A stretch of DNA of 32,000 bases from Desulfocapsa sulfexigens DSM 10523. Lineage in GTDB: Bacteria; Desulfobacterota; Desulfobulbia; Desulfobulbales; Desulfocapsaceae. The DNA lies in NCBI RefSeq assembly GCF_000341395.1, contig NC_020304.1, positions 2,520,001-2,552,000 of the forward strand, read 5' to 3'. Both the position numbers and the translations under genes were made by a program. The notes below the pieces were generated by a model. The model saw only the letters and a list, made by a program, of their open reading frames with translations. It did not search any database and was not told where the DNA came from. This document shows, piece after piece, positions 8,632 through 15,421 of this stretch; the stretch's first letter is position 1, and each line of letters opens with the position of its first letter.

Positions 8632-8922
8632 TTATCCCTCCCTCCATTTATTTTTGTCATATTCTTTATGCGTCAGAATATTACGGACATATAATCGTTG
8701 TGTGTTGTAGTGAATAGCGGCTATAAGCCTTGCTTTATTCCCTCCAACATTAAATACTGTTAATCCTTCAACTTGGTCTGCGCTTGGGAATATAGTTCTT
8801 AGTTCGGAAAAATTTAAAATGGTGGAATTTTTTAAAATTCTATACCAAGATTCAAGAGCAGTTGCGCACTGAGGATGTTCGTTGGCAAAATCTGTTAGTC
8901 GCTTACGAGTGATGATATGCAT
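8632..8922 (-). CDS. higB: HigB-family type II toxin (mRNA interferase)
   Basis: 96 aa. MHIITRKRLTDFANEHPQ...VFNVGGNKARLIAAIHYNTQRLYVRNILTHKEYD matches the HigB_toxin family (E. coli YgjN-like). Confidence 0.85.
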   Translation of the reverse strand: MHIITRKRLTDFANEHPQCATALESWYRILKNSTILNFSELRTIFPSADQVEGLTVFNVGGNKARLIAAIHYNTQRLYVRNILTHKEYDKNKWREG

Positions 8923-8928
8923 ACTTAC

Positions 8929-8956
8929 ACAATATCTCGATTTGCGATCTTGTCAA
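8929..8956 (-). promoter_or_regulatory. Candidate sigma-70 promoter of higBA, possibly giving a leaderless transcript
   Basis: The reverse strand reads TTGACA-16 nt-TATTGT, then 6 nt, then the higB ATG at 8922. There is no Shine-Dalgarno sequence before that ATG. Confidence 0.4.
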
Positions 8957-9003
8957 TATTTAACATGCAGGATAGGCTTAAATTGTGTCAGCGAAAAAAA
9001 ACA

Positions 9004-9840
9004 TCAAGTGTAGATCGAATAACTAATAACAAGAAACCAGCATATTGATATAATCAACATGATTCGGTCATTGATTAGTATTTCCATAGGGTCACCCGAT
9101 TGTCCACACCAAATCCGATGCAGGTATCGTAAAAGCCCAAGGCAGCAAAGGGGGACTGTGTATATAAGAAATGGTCGGCCAATAACATAGATTGAATATG
9201 TCACCAAAACAGTTCCTCCAGTCATAAACATGATACTCTCAAGGAATCCCGTCCGGTATTGTGAGAGTACGGAGCGATGTGCTGAAGCGTTGGTGCGTAA
9301 AGATTTTTTTTCAGCCAACCGTTTGCCGGCTCCTAGAAAGAGAGCAAGAAAAAAAACAGTGAGAAACAGCCATTCAGAAACCGGAGTTGCAAAGGCTGCG
9401 CCTCCAGCCTCAAGGCGGAGAAGAAATCCAGTGGCAATACAAAAAATGTCTAATATAACGATCTGCTTCCACCAGATGCTATAGCAAATAATCAAGGTCT
9501 GATAGGCTAGAAGGTAAAGGAAAAATAGCCATGAGATTTGAGTGGCAAGTATTAGACTGAGGAGTGTAACAGTTGTTCCCAGGTATAAAGCTGATGTTTT
9601 TGAAATTTTCCCAGCAGGCAAGGGACGATTTTTTTTTGAATGATGCAGTTTGTCTTTCTCCAGGTCTGCAATATCATTAAATATATACATCCCACTTGCT
9701 CCGAGACTAAATGAAACAAAAGGAAGAATTAAGTGGGCGAGTGTTTCCGGTAGAAAGAAAATTCCTCCAAAAAACGGTGGAAAAATAAGCATCAGGTTTT
9801 TTAACCAGTGCCTTGGGCGGAGGAGTGTGTACCAGTGCAA
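9004..9840 (-). CDS. UbiA-family prenyltransferase, decaprenyl-phosphate phosphoribosyltransferase-like (Rv3806c type)
   Basis: 278-aa polytopic ORF. The TTG start at 9840 is preceded by AGAGGT. LLRPRHWLKNLMLIFPPFFGG and NDIADLEKDKLHHSKKNRPLPAGKIS match the family motifs. Confidence 0.7.
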   Translation of the reverse strand: MHWYTLLRPRHWLKNLMLIFPPFFGGIFFLPETLAHLILPFVSFSLGASGMYIFNDIADLEKDKLHHSKKNRPLPAGKISKTSALYLGTTVTLLSLILATQISWLFFLYLLAYQTLIICYSIWWKQIVILDIFCIATGFLLRLEAGGAAFATPVSEWLFLTVFFLALFLGAGKRLAEKKSLRTNASAHRSVLSQYRTGFLESIMFMTGGTVLVTYSIYVIGRPFLIYTVPLCCLGLLRYLHRIWCGQSGDPMEILINDRIMLIISICWFLVISYSIYT

Positions 9841-9848
9841 TGTTACCT

Positions 9849-11570
9849 CTATTTTCGTGAGAGTTTCTTCGCGTAGGTTTTATATGGGCTATCATCTGCG
9901 AATGCTTCGTAGGCCATTGTAAAATATTCTTTTGCTTGCTGTGTCTTTTGCAGTTCAAGGGATAGTTTGCCAAGATTATACCAGATAAAAGGGTCTTTCT
10001 TAATTTTGTATAATAGCGTACCACTTTTTCCTGCTTCTTTGTAGTAGCCTTCTCGTTCATCTTGATTATTGGTTTCCCTGGCCAGTTGAGAGTATGTAAT
10101 AAGTAAGCCATCCAAGGCAGGAGCGTATTTGTAGTCACTTTTTACTGATATTTGTTTGAAGGTGTCCAGGGCATCGTTGTATCTCGCAAGGTTAAAATAT
10201 ATAAAACCTAAATTTCTCTCAGCCGTATAATCTTTCATTAATGGGGGACTTTGTAAACTGCAAGCCATCTTAGTGACTTCAAGTGCCTTTTCATGGTCGC
10301 CCTTTTTTGAGAGTGCTGCGCCATAGACCCAATGAATCTTTTTTGAATATGGTGATTTTATTGATGTGTCTTCAAGGATTTTTAAATTGGAATGCCAGAT
10401 AAGACCTCGCTGATAAGTTGAATAGGAAAAAGCTATCAAAAGAATGACCATCAGTGGGCTATAAATCGACTGGTTCTTTCGCGATGGATTTCGTGCAAAT
10501 ATCCCAATAGTGCTCAAAAGAATAAAGGCCATACTTATATAGACATATCTTTCAGCAAAAGGGGTCCAGGCGATCTGGTTCAGGACAATTAAGAAGGAGG
10601 GGGTTAGTAAAATGATTCCAGTTAGAAAGAATGCGGCAAGGAGTGATCTGTTCCATAGTAGCCATATGCAGAGAATCACAATAGGAATAGCTAAAAGATC
10701 ATAGAGTGGATCAACTTCCAGTATGGCAAAGTTCAGAGGCCATGGGAAAAATATTTTTTTTATGTAAAAACCTAGAGCTCTGCAAAACAACATGAGCGAG
10801 TGTACAAGATTAATATCCATGTACTGAAGCGTCAGGCCGATTCTACTGGAGTTCGAAATTGTTCCCCCAGTGCGGATTATGAAAAAAAGGGCCAACGGAA
10901 TAGTAGTGGCGAGTGTGGCAAAAAGAATGAAGAGTCTGTTGTTTGAACTTTTTGAGTTGCTTTGTATAGTTGCTGGTATGGCGAACAGTATGAGTATGGC
11001 CCCTGGAATGAAGGCGACAGCCACTTCTTTGGAGAGCATTGCCAACAGACTGGCTATGGCTGCGAACAGTAGATACGTTTTTCGTTGAGATTGTCTGTAG
11101 TGTAAAATCAAAAGTGTCGCACCAAAGATAAACATTCCGGCTAGTAGGTCTGTACGTCCGGAAACCCAATTCACTGATTCTGTGGTCAAAGGGTGGAGGC
11201 CCCAGAGTAGTGCTGTGAAAAGTGGAAAATAATTTGGTTGTTTTTTGTTTACGGTAAACAGAAGTCGGGCGATATAAAAAAGTAGAAGGATAGAAATGAG
11301 GTGGAATAAAACATTTTCCAGATGCATCCAGAATGGGTTGATTTGAAATACGTTTTTATCGACCCAGAATGTTACACCAAGAATTGGGCGGTAATAAAGG
11401 GTTGATTTTCCTTTTCGGACGAATGTATCAAGAGGGTTGGAATAACTTCTGTGTTCAAGCGATGTGAAAAGTTGTGCATCGTCAACAGCACAGATCTCAG
11501 CAGAAAAAGAAGGGTAAAAAACAGCCAAACAGGCAAATATCAAAAAGAGAACCTGTGCCCGAACAGTCAT
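9849..11570 (-). CDS. GT-C fold membrane glycosyltransferase (TMTC/PMT_2/DUF1736-like) with C-terminal TPR repeats
   Basis: 573 aa. The N-terminal two thirds are polytopic and carry YYRPILGVTFWVD, NPFWMHLENVLFHLISILLLFYIARLL and WVSGRTDLLAGMF, which are TMTC-type signatures. The C-terminal 170 aa or so is TPR-like (KALEVTKMA..., ARYNDALDTFKQ..., QQAKEYFTMAYE). The ATGA overlap with the ABC ATPase stop is at 11567-11570. Confidence 0.65.
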   Translation of the reverse strand: MTVRAQVLFLIFACLAVFYPSFSAEICAVDDAQLFTSLEHRSYSNPLDTFVRKGKSTLYYRPILGVTFWVDKNVFQINPFWMHLENVLFHLISILLLFYIARLLFTVNKKQPNYFPLFTALLWGLHPLTTESVNWVSGRTDLLAGMFIFGATLLILHYRQSQRKTYLLFAAIASLLAMLSKEVAVAFIPGAILILFAIPATIQSNSKSSNNRLFILFATLATTIPLALFFIIRTGGTISNSSRIGLTLQYMDINLVHSLMLFCRALGFYIKKIFFPWPLNFAILEVDPLYDLLAIPIVILCIWLLWNRSLLAAFFLTGIILLTPSFLIVLNQIAWTPFAERYVYISMAFILLSTIGIFARNPSRKNQSIYSPLMVILLIAFSYSTYQRGLIWHSNLKILEDTSIKSPYSKKIHWVYGAALSKKGDHEKALEVTKMACSLQSPPLMKDYTAERNLGFIYFNLARYNDALDTFKQISVKSDYKYAPALDGLLITYSQLARETNNQDEREGYYKEAGKSGTLLYKIKKDPFIWYNLGKLSLELQKTQQAKEYFTMAYEAFADDSPYKTYAKKLSRK

Positions 11571-12439
11571 GCCTGTTCCCTGTTGATGAGTTCAAGAAAA
11601 TATTTTTCAAGATCCTTACGGAGTGGTTCAATAAGGCTAACTGGATCCGCCGTACTTTCACGACTTGTAAAGAAACGAGTAAGTTCGTTTTTGTCTATCC
11701 TCTGTTCATATATGCTTCCATCGGGATGTATAAGGTGGACAGCATAGCCGATGATGCCTTTTTGCATCACTTCAGACACCTTTTCAACAGCAATAAGTTT
11801 CCCATTTGCAATGATACCTATCCGATCACAGATTTGTTCAACATCCGAAATAATATGAGAAGAAAGAAATACGCATTTGCCGGCTTCTTTTAATTCAAGA
11901 ATGATTTCCTTGACAAGTGTACGCCCCAGAGGGTCAAGACCGGACATAGGCTCATCAAGAATATAAATATCTGGATTATGGACAAGTACCTGGGCAATTC
12001 CGAGACGCTGCACCATACCTTTACTGTAAATGCGAAGTGGTTTTTTTCGGACTTCCCAAAGTTTGAGGCGACGAAGGAGTGATTCTATTGTAACAGAAAG
12101 GTCGACTTTTTTTATTCCAAAGACCTGACCTGTGAAAAAGAGATATTCCTCTGCACTTAAGTAATCAAAAAAGGTTGGGTGCTCTGGTAGGTATCCTACG
12201 GTTTTTCTAGCTCTGGCGTCTGAAATATTAATTCCAGAGAGCTCTGCGTTGCCACTTGTGGGGCGAATAAGGTCAAGAAGGATTTTTATAGTCGTGCTTT
12301 TTCCAGCTCCGTTCGGGCCAAGAAAACCAAAAACTTCACCTTTATTTATTTGCAACGAAAGATTGTCCAGGGCGAGATTTGGGAGACCTTTTTTAGCTTT
12401 ATAAACTTTTGTCAGATTTGAAATTGAAATGGCTTGCAT
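11567..12439 (-). CDS. ABC transporter ATP-binding protein (ABC-2 type)
   Basis: I place the start at the ATG at 12439 (MQAISISNLTKVYK). Motifs present are Walker A GPNGAGKST, signature YSKGMVQRLGIAQ and Walker B IYILDEP. The ORF-track extension to 12562 overlaps the upstream gene. Confidence 0.9.
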   Translation of the reverse strand: MQAISISNLTKVYKAKKGLPNLALDNLSLQINKGEVFGFLGPNGAGKSTTIKILLDLIRPTSGNAELSGINISDARARKTVGYLPEHPTFFDYLSAEEYLFFTGQVFGIKKVDLSVTIESLLRRLKLWEVRKKPLRIYSKGMVQRLGIAQVLVHNPDIYILDEPMSGLDPLGRTLVKEIILELKEAGKCVFLSSHIISDVEQICDRIGIIANGKLIAVEKVSEVMQKGIIGYAVHLIHPDGSIYEQRIDKNELTRFFTSRESTADPVSLIEPLRKDLEKYFLELINREQA

Positions 12440-12449
12440 TTGGTGGTAA

Positions 12450-13328
12450 CTATTCGTTATTAGGCACAAAAGAGAATTTACTTGTGCTTCTTGGTTTTTT
12501 GTTTTTGTCGAGGTAAAAGGTACCTCCATATGGGTCAACCAGAGGAGCTGAGAGATATCCACCGAAAATAAGGGTGTTTATGTCAGACGGGCTGGTACCC
12601 TCTTGGGTAATGTATTTCTGTACAGCATCTTCTATGCGTTGCACTTCCTGCAGTGCTTGCAGGCGAAGTTGATAAGACTCCCGGACAGATTTATTTTTAG
12701 TATTCTTAACCATAGTGTCAAGATACACTACAGCCATGTCTGTTTCCCCGCCTTCATAGAGGTATCTGCCAGCTAAACGGCCGAAAAGTGGGGAGTGAGT
12801 GATTTTTTGCGCGAGCTTATAGTATTTAGCTGCTTTTGGATAATCCTTCAGGAAATAGCCATAGTTGAATCCTGCAAAAAATGGAAGATAAAAATCCCAA
12901 TCACGATATTGCATACCGTATTCAAGAAGTTCAGTTATTTCAGGAATATTTCTTTTATCCCAGGCCATTGCTTGGGCAAGATAGTAGCCATCCATATTAT
13001 ATGGGTCGAGTCTGGACGCGGTTTTGAGCAGAGTGAAGGTGTTTTCCTGCTCTGCTAATTGAGAATGATGACTCGGGTTAAGTTGAAGCAGATGGCCGGA
13101 ATGAAACACTACTTTCAAAATAAGTAGTACAGCTGTGAGATCTTTTTGATCAGTGGCGGCGAATTTTATAATGGCAGGTTGAAGAGTATAACCTATTTTT
13201 TGGAGAAAAGGCCGTTCCTGCATATAATGGGTGAAATGGGGCAGGATGCTAATGTGGCAAACAAGAGTAAAGAGTAGGAGTGTTGAGGCTGTCCTCACTG
13301 CATTTCCCTTTGTGAAAACAAAAGACAT
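12450..13328 (-). CDS. Hypothetical membrane-anchored or periplasmic TPR-like protein, accessory to the ABC-2 transporter
   Basis: 292-aa ORF with a hydrophobic N-terminus (TLLLFTLVCHISIL). It contains helical-repeat-like segments (YYLAQAMAWDK..., DYPKAAKYYKLAQ...). It is embedded between the permease and ATPase genes. Confidence 0.5.
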   Translation of the reverse strand: MSFVFTKGNAVRTASTLLLFTLVCHISILPHFTHYMQERPFLQKIGYTLQPAIIKFAATDQKDLTAVLLILKVVFHSGHLLQLNPSHHSQLAEQENTFTLLKTASRLDPYNMDGYYLAQAMAWDKRNIPEITELLEYGMQYRDWDFYLPFFAGFNYGYFLKDYPKAAKYYKLAQKITHSPLFGRLAGRYLYEGGETDMAVVYLDTMVKNTKNKSVRESYQLRLQALQEVQRIEDAVQKYITQEGTSPSDINTLIFGGYLSAPLVDPYGGTFYLDKNKKPRSTSKFSFVPNNE

Positions 13329-14086
13329 GCTATTCCAAGTATAATCCCGATATAACTAACTCCATAACTTGTTATCAACAATAAAGAACTACTGTTAAGA
13401 GTTAAGCCATAAGTGGCTTGGCTGGACAGGTCAAAAGCACTGAAATTTGGTAAAATGTAATAGAGGTACTTAGCCACTTGAATTGTCACTACTGATAACT
13501 GCTGACCTTGGTCTGTATGAATATAGTCAAATACTTCCTGGGTGGCACTCCCGGCAAGATAGGTCGCAATGGTACCAAAAATTGGTAGAAAAAAAGAAGT
13601 GCTTACTGAAGAAAGAACAAAAGCGATAGCAATAAGCAGAGAATATTTGAGGGCATCAAAAAATATGGCTATGGCTATATTATTCCAGAGTATTGGACGA
13701 TCAGGCGGGTATGCTGCGGCAGCAAACCAGATTGCTCCAACAGTCATGATTGCTAAAAACAAAGCTGTAATCAGGACAAAACCTATTATTCCAAAGTACT
13801 TACCAAGCAGGTAAGATGTTCGGGTGATCGGCATCCCGAGGGTGCTGTAAACGTATTTTCTTTCAATGTCCTTCCAAAGAGAGGTACCTCCTAAAAATAC
13901 GGAGATAAGTAAAAGGATAAATGATGTTAGGGATAAAGAAAGTGTAGTCGCCAGGGCGGCAACCTGTCGGAGAGAAAAAGTGCTTGCTGCAGGAATGGTG
14001 AGAAATATAACAGCTGTACAAACTATACCTTGGTATAACTTGTCTCGTAGTACTCCCTTGAAGCTTATTAGAAAGACTGAAAACAT
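13295..14086 (-). CDS. ABC-2 family transporter permease (NosY/ABC2_membrane-like)
   Basis: 263-aa ORF with about six hydrophobic spans. The N-terminus MFSVFLISFKGVLRDKLYQGIV is typical of ABC-2 permeases. ATG at 14086. Confidence 0.7.
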   Translation of the reverse strand: MFSVFLISFKGVLRDKLYQGIVCTAVIFLTIPAASTFSLRQVAALATTLSLSLTSFILLLISVFLGGTSLWKDIERKYVYSTLGMPITRTSYLLGKYFGIIGFVLITALFLAIMTVGAIWFAAAAYPPDRPILWNNIAIAIFFDALKYSLLIAIAFVLSSVSTSFFLPIFGTIATYLAGSATQEVFDYIHTDQGQQLSVVTIQVAKYLYYILPNFSAFDLSSQATYGLTLNSSSLLLITSYGVSYIGIILGIACLLFSQREMQ

Positions 14087-14096
14087 TTATAAAATG

Positions 14097-14150
14097 CAAC
14101 AGAGACAGAGCCGCGCCTGGCGACCTGTCTCTGTTGGTGTGGTTTTTTTT
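14097..14150. terminator. Perfect 12-bp stem-loop between the pilin module and the ABC operon (possible bidirectional terminator or attenuator)
   Basis: CAACAGAGACAG (14097-14108) pairs with CTGTCTCTGTTG (14125-14136) across a 16-nt GC-rich loop. T8 at 14143-14150 lies on the plus side. In minus sense the hairpin is followed by CATTTTATAAATGTTTTC. Confidence 0.5.
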
Positions 14151-14167
14151 GAAAAGACTAATTGCTA

Positions 14168-14470
14168 TTAAAATCCACTTAATGTTGTTGCGTCTGCCTG
14201 GGTTGGGGGATCAGCGTCGGCGGCTAAATCTGTGGTAGACATATCTGTCATTGTATCAGTTGTTCCAAAAGCAGTTAATCCACCGGCGGTATGTTTACTT
14301 GCGGCAGCATAGGCCACGTTGGTGGCAGTAGCAGATATTACTACATTAGTTGATACTTTGAAGTCAGCATCGCCTAGCTGTGTGGATGCCGTATCGTCTA
14401 GCGTAGCTGCAAAAGCGGTCGCTGAAGAAAACATACTCATAATAAAAACAATACTTAATACCTTTTTCAT
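14168..14470 (-). CDS. Secreted Thr/Ala/Asp-rich small protein in the PilA-C position
   Basis: 100-aa ORF with a GGAGA Shine-Dalgarno sequence. It has a Sec-type signal MKKVLSIVFIMSMFSSATAFA|A. The mature 79 aa contain 17 Thr, 16 Ala, 10 Asp and no Cys (my count). It sits 55 nt downstream of the short pilin. Confidence 0.6.
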   Translation of the reverse strand: MKKVLSIVFIMSMFSSATAFAATLDDTASTQLGDADFKVSTNVVISATATNVAYAAASKHTAGGLTAFGTTDTMTDMSTTDLAADADPPTQADATTLSGF

Positions 14471-14525
14471 TATATATCTCCTGATAGAGTTGTTGATGTT
14501 GTTGTTTCTAATTTAAACCAAATAA

Positions 14526-14756
14526 TTACAGGTTCGGATATGCTTGGGCATCAGCATAGCCAGCTTCCATTGCTGTTTTGAAATTTCTCAGATCACTTTG
14601 AGCAGCTTTGTCAAAAGCTTTGGCACGGTATGAGGAAAACTGAGGAATAGCAATAGCAGCCAAAATACCAATAATTGCAACAACAATCATCAATTCAATC
14701 AGGGTAAAACCTTTCTGTCCGGATTTTCTTCGAAGCTGTTTCCGAAATGTGTTCAT
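14526..14756 (-). CDS. pilA: Truncated type IVa pilin, Geobacter PilA-N type
   Basis: 76 aa with an AGGAGA Shine-Dalgarno sequence. The prepilin leader ends ...GQKG|[60 protein letters not shown]. The mature protein is 60 aa with no globular domain and no Cys. Confidence 0.9.
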   Translation of the reverse strand: MNTFRKQLRRKSGQKGFTLIELMIVVAIIGILAAIAIPQFSSYRAKAFDKAAQSDLRNFKTAMEAGYADAQAYPNL

Positions 14757-14839
14757 GTGATTTCTCCTATGTGAGGTGGGAGTTTAGGAGACCGTTTTTC
14801 GAATCCCCTCTTATTTATGTCTTACTTACCCAAACTACT

Positions 14840-14854
14840 TCAACAAGTATGCCA
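14840..14854 (-). promoter_or_regulatory. Weak candidate sigma-54 (-24/-12) element upstream of the short pilin
   Basis: The reverse strand reads TGGCATacttgTTGA. GG is correctly spaced, but the -12 element is GA rather than GC. It lies about 95 nt upstream of the ATG, with an AT-rich tract just upstream. An overlapping sigma-70-like TTGAAG...ATAAAT is an alternative. Confidence 0.3.
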
Positions 14855-14994
14855 TGAGTCGTTTAGAAATACAAATATTTATTTTATCTTATGAAAATAA
14901 TGAATTGGATCATGTTGAGTTGTTTGGGAATTGTTGCGAGAAGATGTAGAACCGGATTGAACTGACAAAAAAAAACATTCAATGACATTTATTG

Positions 14995-15366
14995 TCACTG
15001 AATACCACCAGCATCACTGTCGTAGGTAACAACCAAACCACCATGAACATTATCGGTAGTTGTAAAGCTAAAGGAGGTGCTGTTGCCAACCCAGTTACCC
15101 ACAGTGGTGTCAGGGGAGATATTGTTCCCTCCATAAATAGCCGTTTGTACTGCAGCAGCTGTGTTTGAGTAGGTACCATGGTCGGTAAAGTAGGCCACCT
15201 GAGCATTTGCTAATGTATGTGCGTCAGATTTAAGAACTGCTATAAAGGCTTTATTGCGATAGGCAGAATACTGCGGGATCGCTATAGCTGCCAGGATAGC
15301 AATGACAGCAACTACTGTCAAAAGCTCAACCAAACTAAAGCCTTTTTTATTTCTGTTTACTTTCAT
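14995..15366 (-). CDS. Full-length type IV pilin (PilE-like, or a major-pilin paralogue), cysteine-free
   Basis: I place the start at the ATG at 15366. MKVNRNKKG|[32 protein letters not shown]... is a class III signal with Glu5. A C-terminal domain of about 55 aa is present. The ORF-track N-terminal extension overlaps pilX. Confidence 0.85.
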   Translation of the reverse strand: MKVNRNKKGFSLVELLTVVAVIAILAAIAIPQYSAYRNKAFIAVLKSDAHTLANAQVAYFTDHGTYSNTAAAVQTAIYGGNNISPDTTVGNWVGNSTSFSFTTTDNVHGGLVVTYDSDAGGIQ

Positions 15367-15421
15367 TTTCTTCAACACTTGGAGTACTCCATGCCTCGAT
15401 TGTGTATTTACTATGATCGTT

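Noticed and set aside
9707-10138. A 143-aa minus-strand ORF bridging the GT-C 3' end and the UbiA 5' end.
   Set aside because: It is out of frame with two well-supported genes and crosses their boundary. It has no motifs.
14979-15206. A 75-aa minus-strand ORF overlapping the full-length pilin, plus the N-terminal extension of the pilin ORF to 15441.
   Set aside because: The overlapping ORF is an alternative frame of the pilin gene. The extension would put 25 residues in front of a canonical MKVNRNKKG|F prepilin leader and would overlap the pilX-like gene.
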